From positions 64,001 through 128,000 of the IMG/VR virus record IMGVR_UViG_3300024319_000003: DNA of 64,000 nucleotides. One strand, written 5' to 3'. This DNA comes from a virus. Position 1 is the first letter of the stretch. Every line of letters begins with the position of its first letter. The notes beneath the pieces are model-generated. The model searched no databases and was not told the origin of the DNA. It worked only from the letters and a program-made list of their open reading frames with translations. Positions 29,650 to 38,219 of this stretch are shown one piece after another. A program made the position numbers and the translations under genes.

Positions 29650-29680
29650 AACCATCTTTTTTAGGTGGTTTTCTTGTTTT
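29650..29680 (+). terminator. Putative intrinsic terminator
   Basis: AACCATCT-N5-AGGTGGTT stem with G-U pairs followed by TTCTTGTTTT. Confidence 0.45.
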
Positions 29681-29694
29681 ATGAAAAAAGTATA

Positions 29695-29702
29695 TATTTA
29701 TA
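29695..29702 (+). promoter_or_regulatory. Putative late promoter TATTTATA for scaffold/MCP
   Basis: After the terminator, upstream of the scaffold gene. Confidence 0.6.
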
Positions 29703-29789
29703 TAGGAATATGCAGTTCCTTATACTGCATTAACTTTTTATAATTTCCTATTACGATTTAAATAATCGTAGAAATCCAAAAAATTTATT

Positions 29790-30824
29790 ATGGCAAACAA
29801 AGATTTATTCAAGCAAGCTATTGCTGAAGCAAAATCTATTAGAGAAGCCGCAATAACCAACGCTAAAGAAGCTTTAGAAGAGACTTTAACTCCTCACCTA
29901 AAAGATATGTTAGCTGCTAAACTACAAGAGATGGAAGATTCTACTGTAGAAGAAGTGGTTACCGAATCTGAAGATGTAGAAGAAGAAGTAGCAGAAGCTC
30001 AAGGTAATGTAGATGCTCATGATGAGAATCCACACGATCAACTTGAGGAAGTAGAAGAAGACGTTGCAGAAGGCGACTACAAAAAAATGGAAGAAGCTGA
30101 AGAAGAAGCTGACGATGCTGAGGATGATTCAGAAGAATCTGAAGACGACGCAATCGAAGACGAAGAAGAGGTAGAAGTTAAAGACATGGAAGTCGATGAC
30201 TTAAAAAATCTTATTCGTGACATTATTTCTCAAGAAATGGGAGATGGTGCAGAAGAATTAGACAATGCTGACATGGACGCTGGAGAAGAGATGGATGACA
30301 TCGCTGCTGCAGGATCTGAAGAAGAAATTGATCTAGATGAATTATTAGCAGAACTAGAAGCTACTAATGAAGAAACACTAGAAGAAGAAGAAGTAGAAGA
30401 AGCACACTGTAACACTCCTCACGAGGAAGGTGTAGAAGAAGAAGTTAACGAAGATGACTCTGAGTTAAACGAAGCTTTATCGACTATTGGAACTTTACAA
30501 AGTCAACTTCAAGAAGTAAACCTTCTTAATGCTAAGTTAATGTATGTGAATAAAGTGTTTAAGGCAAATAACCTTAACGAATCACAGAAAGTTAACATAA
30601 TCGCTGCTTTCGACAAAGCCGAAACAGTAAAAGAAGTTAAATTAGTATTTGAAACTGTTTCTGATAGTATTGTAGTTAAAAAACCATCTACTACTATTAA
30701 AGAATCAAAATTAGGTATGGCAAGTAAAGCTACTGGAACTACTGCAAGTAAGCCAGAAGTTATTAGCGAAGTATCTGATGCAGTTAGAAGAATGCAAAAG
30801 TTAGCAGGTATTATAACAAACTAA
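29790..30824 (+). CDS. Prohead scaffold/core protein (gp22-like by position)
   Basis: Very acidic, coiled-coil, many L/I/V-x-E sites, directly upstream of the MCP gene. Confidence 0.8.
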   Translation: MANKDLFKQAIAEAKSIREAAITNAKEALEETLTPHLKDMLAAKLQEMEDSTVEEVVTESEDVEEEVAEAQGNVDAHDENPHDQLEEVEEDVAEGDYKKMEEAEEEADDAEDDSEESEDDAIEDEEEVEVKDMEVDDLKNLIRDIISQEMGDGAEELDNADMDAGEEMDDIAAAGSEEEIDLDELLAELEATNEETLEEEEVEEAHCNTPHEEGVEEEVNEDDSELNEALSTIGTLQSQLQEVNLLNAKLMYVNKVFKANNLNESQKVNIIAAFDKAETVKEVKLVFETVSDSIVVKKPSTTIKESKLGMASKATGTTASKPEVISEVSDAVRRMQKLAGIITN

Positions 30825-30859
30825 TTATTTAAAAATTAAAATTAAAAAAACAAACAATC

Positions 30860-32464
30860 ATGGAAATTAATTCTCTTTTAGAAAGCGCTAACGGATACAA
30901 AGCACTCGCTGCTGATGCATCACGTTTAGCTGACAAATGGGCTGCTTCTGGATTGCTAGAAGGATTGAACTCTAAAGATTCGGCAAACATGTCGATGATG
31001 TTAGAAAATCAAGCTAAGCAAATCGTAGCAGAACAATCATCTACAGGTACAGGTGCAATCGGTGCAACTGCTTCAGGTAATGAGCAGTGGGCTGGAGTAG
31101 CTTTACCTTTAGTACGTAAGGTATTCGCTCAAATCTCTGCAAAAGACTTTGTATCAGTTCAACCAATGAACTTACCTTCAGGTCTAGTATTTTACTTAGA
31201 CTTTAAATACGGTTCTGCTGATTCAATCGGTAGAGCAGACGGCGACAACATGCACGGTAACGTGACTGAAGCTGGAACAAAAATGGCAAAAGATGTTGAT
31301 GCTGCAGACGGACTTTACGGAGCAGGTCAATTCGGATACTCTATTAAAGCGTTAACTGGAGCAGCAGACGCTCAAGTAACTGGTTCAGCTACTGAAGCAC
31401 TTATCGATTACGATGATGCTAAAGATCCAGCGAACTACAGAAAAGTAACAGTTGCAGCAGCAACTATACCAGGATTTGACGCAGAAGGTGTAAGAGCATT
31501 TAGACTTTTATCTTCTTCAGTAGATATTACACTTAACCCAGAACTTACTAAGTTTGACGGAACAGATGTAACATTCGTAGTAGAAGATGCACCAGCTGGA
31601 AAAACTTTAGTTTCTCCATTCTCTGCATCAGTTAACTATCACGCACAACCAGCAGACAATTCAAGAGGTGACTTTGAAGATTCATCAGCACCTGCAGCAG
31701 GAGCAGTTTCTTCATTAGCTATTCCAGAAATCAACGTAGAGTTGAAATCTGAAGCAGTAGTTGCTAAAACTAGAAAATTGAAAGCACAATGGACTCCAGA
31801 GTTTGCTCAGGATCTTAATGCTTATCATTCAATTGACGCTGAGGCAGAACTTACTTCTTTATTGAGTGAGTACATCTCAATGGAAATTGATCTAGAGATC
31901 TTAGACATGTTGATCAGTGGTGCAGCTACTACTGAAAGATGGTCTGCACAAAACAACAGAGTATGGAACGGTACTGCTTGGGCAGATGCTGGATCAGACT
32001 TCTACAATACTCAAGGACAATGGTTCCAAACTTTAGGAACTAAAATCCAAAAAGTATCTAACAAGATTCACCAAAAAACATTAAGAGGTGGTGCAAACTT
32101 CCTAGTATGTTCTCCAACAGTAGCTACAATCTTAGAATCAATTCCAGGATATGCTGCTAATACAGATGGTGACTCAGCAGAATTTGCTTTCGGAGTACAG
32201 AAAGTAGGTCAATTAAACGGTAGATTTAAGGTATACAAAAACCCTTATATGACTGAAAACACTATCCTTTGTGGATTTAGAGGTGGTCAGTTCTTAGAAA
32301 GCGGTGCTGTATATGCTCCTTATGTACCATTAATCATGACTCCTCTAGTATACGATCCAGTATCTTTCACACCAAGAAAAGGTATCATGACTCGTTACGC
32401 GAAGAAAATGATCAGACCAGAATTCTACGGTAAAGTACACGTTAGTGGATTAGCTACTATCTAG
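30860..32464 (+). CDS. gp23: Major capsid protein (T4 gp23-like)
   Basis: VSVQPMNLPSGLVFYL, KTRKLKAQWTPEFAQDL, YAPYVPL, PRKGIMTRYA. Confidence 0.95.
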   Translation: MEINSLLESANGYKALAADASRLADKWAASGLLEGLNSKDSANMSMMLENQAKQIVAEQSSTGTGAIGATASGNEQWAGVALPLVRKVFAQISAKDFVSVQPMNLPSGLVFYLDFKYGSADSIGRADGDNMHGNVTEAGTKMAKDVDAADGLYGAGQFGYSIKALTGAADAQVTGSATEALIDYDDAKDPANYRKVTVAAATIPGFDAEGVRAFRLLSSSVDITLNPELTKFDGTDVTFVVEDAPAGKTLVSPFSASVNYHAQPADNSRGDFEDSSAPAAGAVSSLAIPEINVELKSEAVVAKTRKLKAQWTPEFAQDLNAYHSIDAEAELTSLLSEYISMEIDLEILDMLISGAATTERWSAQNNRVWNGTAWADAGSDFYNTQGQWFQTLGTKIQKVSNKIHQKTLRGGANFLVCSPTVATILESIPGYAANTDGDSAEFAFGVQKVGQLNGRFKVYKNPYMTENTILCGFRGGQFLESGAVYAPYVPLIMTPLVYDPVSFTPRKGIMTRYAKKMIRPEFYGKVHVSGLATI

Positions 32465-32487
32465 TATTAACCTAGATTTATATTAAG

Positions 32488-32513
32488 AGAGGCCTTCGGG
32501 CCTCTTTTTTTTT
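32488..32513 (+). terminator. Intrinsic terminator with cUUCGg tetraloop
   Basis: AGAGGCC-TTCG-GGCCTCT followed by a T tract, right after the MCP gene. Confidence 0.9.
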
Positions 32514-32517
32514 GTAC

Positions 32518-32525
32518 TATTTATT
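32518..32525 (+). promoter_or_regulatory. Putative late promoter TATTTATT
   Basis: Immediately after the MCP terminator, upstream of phoH. Confidence 0.5.
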
Positions 32526-32550
32526 AGTATAAATTAAAACGTTTTAATAA

Positions 32551-33237
32551 ATGCCTTCAAAACACCACACTGACGAAGTATTCGTCCAAAAGAGAAGACC
32601 AAAACGCCCAATAAAATTTCAAGTTCAACTTAACGAAGAGCAAAAAGCAGCTAAAGCTATAATAATGGACGCACCTGTCACAGTACTAAAAGGTATGGCA
32701 GGATCAGGAAAGACATTAGTAGCTACACAGGTTGCGTTAGATCTACTCTTTACTAAACAGGTACATAAGATAGTTATCACAAGACCAACAGTATCAAAAG
32801 AAGATATAGGATTTCTACCAGGAGATATTAGAGAAAAAATGGACCCATGGTTAGCTCCAATATACCACAACCTTTATATGTTATATAATAAAGAGAAAGT
32901 TGATAAAGAAGTTGAAGCAGGTAATATTGAGATTGTACCATTTGCTTTTATGAGAGGACGTACATTTGTTGATTCTTTCGTCATAGTAGATGAAGCACAG
33001 AATGTTACCCACAATCAAATGGAAACAGTTGTTGGTAGACTAGGTAAAGGATCTAAAATGGTAATATGTGGCGATATGGCACAGATAGACCTTAAAGATA
33101 AAAGAGAAACTGGGTTTTCATTCTTATCTAGAATAGAAGAAAAGGTAAGTGGATTCAAAACATATGCACTTTTGCATAACCACAGACACAAAATAGTAGC
33201 ACCAATATTAGAGGTATATAAAACCTTCAGAGATTAG
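32551..33237 (+). CDS. phoH: PhoH-family ATPase
   Basis: GMAGSGKT, ITRP, GFLPGD, FMRGRTF, VDEAQN, GDMAQID. Confidence 0.93.
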   Translation: MPSKHHTDEVFVQKRRPKRPIKFQVQLNEEQKAAKAIIMDAPVTVLKGMAGSGKTLVATQVALDLLFTKQVHKIVITRPTVSKEDIGFLPGDIREKMDPWLAPIYHNLYMLYNKEKVDKEVEAGNIEIVPFAFMRGRTFVDSFVIVDEAQNVTHNQMETVVGRLGKGSKMVICGDMAQIDLKDKRETGFSFLSRIEEKVSGFKTYALLHNHRHKIVAPILEVYKTFRD

Positions 33238-33241
33238 TCAC

Positions 33242-33249
33242 TATTTATA
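33242..33249 (+). promoter_or_regulatory. Putative late promoter TATTTATA
   Basis: Intergenic, upstream of the neck gene. Confidence 0.6.
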
Positions 33250-33263
33250 TATAAACTGTAACT

Positions 33264-34406
33264 ATGAGTAATATATCTATATGGGCAGGAACATCTACAT
33301 TTGGTTCTGGCCAAACACCATTCGGATTTTACGACAGTGACTCGGACTTTAGTACTGATGCTGATAAAGTAGCAAGATTTTGTGCTCAAAGACTAGGGTA
33401 CCCGTTAATGGATGTTGAACTACAATCAGGATCTTTTTACGCTTGCTTTGAAGAAGCTGTAACTGTCTACGGGAATGAAGTTTTTCAATTTAAAATTAGA
33501 GAAAATTACTTAAACTTAGAAGGGGCTTCTACCGGTAGTTCATTAAATAATCAATTAGTTGAACCGACTATAACTCGTTTTGTAACCATAGCTAAGAACT
33601 ACGGTACAGAAGCAGGAGTAGGAGGAAATGTAACTAAATATTCTGGCTCAGTAGAATTAACCGGCTCAGTACAAGAATACGATTTAGATTTATGGGCGTC
33701 TGAAAAAGGAATAACAGATGGAATAGAAATTAGAAGAGTATTTTATGAAGCACCACCAGCAATAACAAGGTACTTTGACCCTTATGCAGGAACAGGGACA
33801 GGAATACAGTCACTAATGGACTCATTTGGATTTGGACAATTCAGCCCAGGTATAAACTTTATGTTAATGCCAGCATCATACGACGTTATGAAGATGCAAG
33901 CAATAGAATTTAATGATCAAATTAGAAGATCTACATTTACATTTGAATTAGTGAATAACAAGTTAAAACTATTCCCTATACCTCAAACAGCTGGAAAGCT
34001 ATTCTTTGAGTACTATAAAAATACAGATAAAGAAGCAGTTAACTTTAATAACTCAGTTAACCTTATAACAACTGTATCAGAAGTACCATATGAAAACCCA
34101 ACATACACACATATTAATAGTGTGGGTAGACAGTGGATATTCCAATACACATTAGCCTTAGCTAAAGAATTGCTAGGATACATAAGAGGAAAATACGCAA
34201 CGGTACCAGTACCTGGTGCTGAAGCAACACTTAATCAAGCAGATTTGTTAACAGATGCAAGAAACGAAAAAGACAAACTACTTCTTAATTTAAGAGAAAT
34301 GTTAGAAGAAGCATCAAGAGGTTCTCAAATGGAAGCACAAGCTCAAGAAGCAGACTTCCTAAGACAGACATTATCTCAAGTTCCACTAACAATTCATGTA
34401 GGATAA
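33264..34406 (+). CDS. Neck/head-tail adaptor protein (gp13-like)
   Basis: RLGYPLMDVEL, WIFQYTLALAKELLG.IRGKY...LN motifs typical of gp13-like proteins. Confidence 0.75.
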   Translation: MSNISIWAGTSTFGSGQTPFGFYDSDSDFSTDADKVARFCAQRLGYPLMDVELQSGSFYACFEEAVTVYGNEVFQFKIRENYLNLEGASTGSSLNNQLVEPTITRFVTIAKNYGTEAGVGGNVTKYSGSVELTGSVQEYDLDLWASEKGITDGIEIRRVFYEAPPAITRYFDPYAGTGTGIQSLMDSFGFGQFSPGINFMLMPASYDVMKMQAIEFNDQIRRSTFTFELVNNKLKLFPIPQTAGKLFFEYYKNTDKEAVNFNNSVNLITTVSEVPYENPTYTHINSVGRQWIFQYTLALAKELLGYIRGKYATVPVPGAEATLNQADLLTDARNEKDKLLLNLREMLEEASRGSQMEAQAQEADFLRQTLSQVPLTIHVG

Positions 34407-34705
34407 TGAAACTATTAAGGATATTAGAGCAGATACAGTTCAAAACCTACGAAGGGATGATAAGAGTCCTTTACGAAGACGGTGAAAGTGAAGACTTAGC
34501 TGAACTTCTAAGAGCACTCCCAGGAGTAACAACAGTAACAAATGCAGGTCAATCTACAGAAATGAGCACAATGACGTTTAAAGTAAAAGTTATTACTCAA
34601 AAAGAAGGAATTGAAGCATTTCAATTGTTTAAAAGCAATGCTATGGAGAAGTATCCTAATATAATTAAAATTGAAACAGCGAAAGAAACAATACAAGAGA
34701 AGTAA
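34406..34705 (+). CDS. Small protein with MKLLRILE leader
   Basis: LRALPGVTTV; possible small alpha/beta fold. Confidence 0.5.
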   Translation: MKLLRILEQIQFKTYEGMIRVLYEDGESEDLAELLRALPGVTTVTNAGQSTEMSTMTFKVKVITQKEGIEAFQLFKSNAMEKYPNIIKIETAKETIQEK

Positions 34706-35190
34706 TGCTATTTGGAAGTAAGAAAGATTTTAACCTACTAGTTCATATTAATAGAGAACTGCTTAAAGATGTCATAGAACAGGAAATTCTGATCTATAAG
34801 ATGAATTTAGCAGATACTAATACTAATATATACGGAGAAGCTATGCAAAAAACTTATCTACAACCAGTTAAACTTAATTGTTTGATAACTAGAGGAGATC
34901 AGGTAGTAGATGTAGATGAATTTGGACCTGATTTAGGAAGGGATGCATCATTTGCTTTACTTAAACAAGACTTAGTAGATATATCATTAGTTCCAGAGGT
35001 AGGAGATATAGTAATGTGGCATGAAGATTACTATGAAGTAGATACAGTTAAAGAAAATGAGCTGTTTTATGGAAGAAACAACGACTATAACGTAGAAAGA
35101 ACAGCAGGATTTGGTTCTTCAATATCAATAGTATTAGATACTCATTTAACAAGAGCAGATAGAGTAGGAATAGCAAGACAAAGCTTATAA
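34705..35190 (+). CDS. Neck/head-completion protein (gp14-like)
   Basis: NIYGEA, PEVGDIV, YYEV; synteny after the gp13-like gene. Confidence 0.6.
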   Translation: MLFGSKKDFNLLVHINRELLKDVIEQEILIYKMNLADTNTNIYGEAMQKTYLQPVKLNCLITRGDQVVDVDEFGPDLGRDASFALLKQDLVDISLVPEVGDIVMWHEDYYEVDTVKENELFYGRNNDYNVERTAGFGSSISIVLDTHLTRADRVGIARQSL

Positions 35191-35192
35191 TA

Positions 35193-36422
35193 ATGGCAAA
35201 GAAAAACAGACCAATACCAAAATCACAGAAAGAAATAGCTAATAACATAATTAGCTCACAAGCGTCTGGACCTAAACCAACTATTGCTGACAATACAAAA
35301 AGAGAACTACAGAGATCTGTAAAAAACGATACCACCAAAAGATTACACATTGGTTTAAGGGATATAGATGAAACAATAGTCTACTATTTTAACAATGTTA
35401 TTAAACCCTCTGTAATACAGAATGGCTCTCGTAAGAACGTACCGGTATTATACGGTTCTCCGGAAAGATGGAAAGCAGTACAGAAAGACGGCTTTTACCG
35501 AGATAAGAATGGTAAGATTCAAGCACCTTTACTTATGTTTAAACGCGATAGCGTTGAAAAAAATAGAGGTTTAGGCAATAAGGTAGATCCAAACAACCCA
35601 TTAACGTATGGTATTTTTAAAAAAAGCTTTTCTAGAAAGAATATATACGATAGATTTAGCGTATTAACCAATCGAAGTAAATCAGATGAACTATACGGGG
35701 TAATTGTACCGGATTATGTTACATTATCGTACTCTTGTTTAATATTCACAGATTACATTGAACAAATGAATAAGATAATAGAAGCAATAAACTATGCTTC
35801 TGACTCTTATTGGGGAGATGAAGAAAAATTTAGCTTTAGAGCTAAAATAGACACGTATACTACAGCTACAGAACTAACACAGGGGGAAGACAGGGCCGTA
35901 AAGACCACTTTTACTATACAGATGCACGGATATATTATATCAGACTCAATACAATCACATATTGCGGGTATGAATAAGTATTATTCTAAGTCTAGTGTAA
36001 ACTTTAAACTAGAAACAGCAGGTACTTTAGAAGAGTTAACAGCAAAAGCAGGAACATCTCAAGCAGAAACAACTACAAGGTTTATCGATTCAGCAGGAGG
36101 TGGAATACCGGCACAATCAACACTGACACCCGACGAAATAGCTTATATAGGTACAAATTTAACAGTTACTACAGTAGGATCGTTAAATAACAACTGTATT
36201 ACCTTTAATAACTTAGCATTCGTACCAGCACCAAATGGATTTATACCAGGAGAAGAAAGATTCTCACTATATATTAACGGACAACATATAGCCCCACAAG
36301 ACTACACAGTAGTAGAGGTAGGTAGTAATATAGAGATATGTGTTGACGTAACTAACCTGGGATACAACATAGGATCAGGAGATCAAATTATTTTTACAGG
36401 TAAAATAAAGAACGTAACATAA
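35193..36422 (+). CDS. Tail completion/terminator protein (gp15-like) with C-terminal extension
   Basis: VPVLYGSPERW, QMNKIIE, FTIQMHGYI; synteny. Confidence 0.6.
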   Translation: MAKKNRPIPKSQKEIANNIISSQASGPKPTIADNTKRELQRSVKNDTTKRLHIGLRDIDETIVYYFNNVIKPSVIQNGSRKNVPVLYGSPERWKAVQKDGFYRDKNGKIQAPLLMFKRDSVEKNRGLGNKVDPNNPLTYGIFKKSFSRKNIYDRFSVLTNRSKSDELYGVIVPDYVTLSYSCLIFTDYIEQMNKIIEAINYASDSYWGDEEKFSFRAKIDTYTTATELTQGEDRAVKTTFTIQMHGYIISDSIQSHIAGMNKYYSKSSVNFKLETAGTLEELTAKAGTSQAETTTRFIDSAGGGIPAQSTLTPDEIAYIGTNLTVTTVGSLNNNCITFNNLAFVPAPNGFIPGEERFSLYINGQHIAPQDYTVVEVGSNIEICVDVTNLGYNIGSGDQIIFTGKIKNVT

Positions 36423-36727
36423 TGGCTTTAATACATTGGAAACAGATAGATGGCGATTTAACAGGTTCTAGAGTTCTAACAGGATCTCTAGGTATCTCAG
36501 GGAGTATAAACCTGACAGGTAGTGTTGAACAATCATCAGGGTCATTTACTTTGAACTTCGACGGAGCAGCAGACTATTTTAGTGTTAATGTAAGTGGAGA
36601 AGAAAAGTTAAGAATTAATGAAGAAGGTACTTTACAAATGAAAGCTCAAACAACAACACCAACCGCAGTATCCGGTGGTTTATTTTACTCAGCTTCAAAC
36701 GATTTTTTCTTAGGGTTTAGAGATTAA
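36422..36727 (+). CDS. Small tail-associated structural protein
   Basis: Five [ST]GS motifs in 101 aa; located in the fibre region. Confidence 0.5.
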   Translation: MALIHWKQIDGDLTGSRVLTGSLGISGSINLTGSVEQSSGSFTLNFDGAADYFSVNVSGEEKLRINEEGTLQMKAQTTTPTAVSGGLFYSASNDFFLGFRD

Positions 36728-36731
36728 CCCA

Positions 36732-36739
36732 TATTTATT
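36732..36739 (+). promoter_or_regulatory. Putative late promoter TATTTATT
   Basis: Intergenic, upstream of ORF 36777. Confidence 0.5.
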
Positions 36740-36776
36740 ACTATACGACTCAATTACTTAAACAAAAAATTATAAC

Positions 36777-37904
36777 ATGGCAAATTGGAAAAAGATAATT
36801 GTTAGCGGATCACAAGCTATATTAGCGAATGTTAAAGCTGACAATTTAACAGCAGGAACCGTTCTGATAGGTGGAACTAGCGGGTTAATTCAGAACAGTG
36901 GAATAACATTCGCTTCTTCAACATACTCTTTTGGAGCAACTAGTTTAGTTGCAACTGGAGCCTCTTCAGCACTAACAGGTTCCTTTACAGGTTCCTTCGC
37001 AGGAGAACATACAGGAGATGGATCTGGCTTAACCGGTATAGCATTAGATATTGATGCTTTAGCTAATACAGGTATGAGTAACACCAGTTTAGTAGACGGT
37101 GACTTATTTGTAGTTTCTGATGGTGGAACAGAGAAAAAAATTACTTACGGCCAGTTATATAAAAACATATTTGACGAAGTAGCCGGAGACGTAACAATTT
37201 CAGCAGCAGGAGCATCCGTAATTGGAGCAGGAGCAGTAGAAGGTACAATGTTAAATACAAACGTTGCAGATACCACTACAATAGAAGTTTCTTCAAATAC
37301 ATTATCTGTATTAAAAGTACCTAATGCTTTATCAGCAGGAGCTGGTTTAACTGCACCAGGAACATTTGATGGTGCAAATTCAAGAATATTTAGTGTTGAC
37401 TCAGGATCATTACTTCCTTATATTACAGGATCTACATTTGGTACAGTTACTGGAGATGTTACAATTTCTGCAGCAGGGGTAGCAACAATAGGAGCAAATA
37501 AAGTAGACGGATCTAAATTAACAGACAGTATTACAATCGCCCAAGATTTAACAGTAACAGGGGATTTAATTGTAAACGGAGACACAACCACAGTTAATAC
37601 AGCAAACCTACAGGTAGAAGATAAATTCATATTTGTTAATGCAGGATCAGGATCAGTATCTCCAGTAGGAGAAGGTGGTATAATCGTAGAATCTGGATCA
37701 GCAGGATCTGGATCAGCATTCTACTTTGATGGAAATGCAGATAGATGGTCACTTGCTAACAACTTAGGTAAAGAAGCAACTACAGCAACTCCTGAAGCAT
37801 ATGCAGCAGTAGTAGTTGATATAGATGCATCAATGACAGCAGATGTATACGAACAAGTAGGTAACATTAAACATGAAGGTGGAGACATTTACATCTGGGC
37901 ATAG
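36777..37904 (+). CDS. Tail fibre-like structural protein
   Basis: GDVTISAAG repeated twice; LTVTGDLIVNGDTTTVNTANLQVEDK fibre motif; N-terminus shared with ORF 38220. Confidence 0.65.
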   Translation: MANWKKIIVSGSQAILANVKADNLTAGTVLIGGTSGLIQNSGITFASSTYSFGATSLVATGASSALTGSFTGSFAGEHTGDGSGLTGIALDIDALANTGMSNTSLVDGDLFVVSDGGTEKKITYGQLYKNIFDEVAGDVTISAAGASVIGAGAVEGTMLNTNVADTTTIEVSSNTLSVLKVPNALSAGAGLTAPGTFDGANSRIFSVDSGSLLPYITGSTFGTVTGDVTISAAGVATIGANKVDGSKLTDSITIAQDLTVTGDLIVNGDTTTVNTANLQVEDKFIFVNAGSGSVSPVGEGGIIVESGSAGSGSAFYFDGNADRWSLANNLGKEATTATPEAYAAVVVDIDASMTADVYEQVGNIKHEGGDIYIWA

Positions 37905-37948
37905 TAACACAGTACAATAGTTAATTAAATAATAAAAAAATAAGTTAT

Positions 37949-38134
37949 ATGGGTATATTATCAAAAATTACCAAACCAAAAGGTTCTCAAGAATTGACAG
38001 TAGAAGATCTTAAGTTTCTTCTATCTAAAATGAGAATTGCAACATACACTGGAGAAGAATTTGAACACTTTTACAATGTTTGGGTAAAGCTAACAGAAAC
38101 ATTACACTATTTAGAAAGCAAAAAGGGGACTTAA
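37949..38134 (+). CDS. Small protein, possible fibre assembly helper
   Basis: 61-aa ORF between fibre genes with an A-rich start region. Confidence 0.45.
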   Translation: MGILSKITKPKGSQELTVEDLKFLLSKMRIATYTGEEFEHFYNVWVKLTETLHYLESKKGT

Positions 38135-38147
38135 GGTCTCCTTTGCT
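38117..38147 (+). terminator. Hairpin (possible terminator) overlapping the ORF 37949 stop
   Basis: Imperfect inverted repeat AGCAAAAAGGGGAC-TTAAG-GTCTCCTTTGCT. Confidence 0.4.
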
Positions 38148-38154
38148 ATTTATA
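38147..38154 (+). promoter_or_regulatory. Putative late promoter TATTTATA
   Basis: Upstream of a structured leader and the giant fibre gene. Confidence 0.55.
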
Positions 38155-38159
38155 CGTAT

Positions 38160-38209
38160 ATTATAGGCCCGAAAGGGAAGTGGACTCACATTGAGCAACC
38201 AACCGTAAT
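38160..38209 (+). ncRNA. Putative structured 5' leader RNA (three-way junction)
   Basis: CCC-GAAA-GGG hairpin, TGG..CTCA-CAT-TGAG..CCA arm, closing ATTAT.GG/CCGTAAT stem; GC-rich island in an AT-rich context. Confidence 0.4.
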
Positions 38210-38219
38210 TGTTTAGAAT

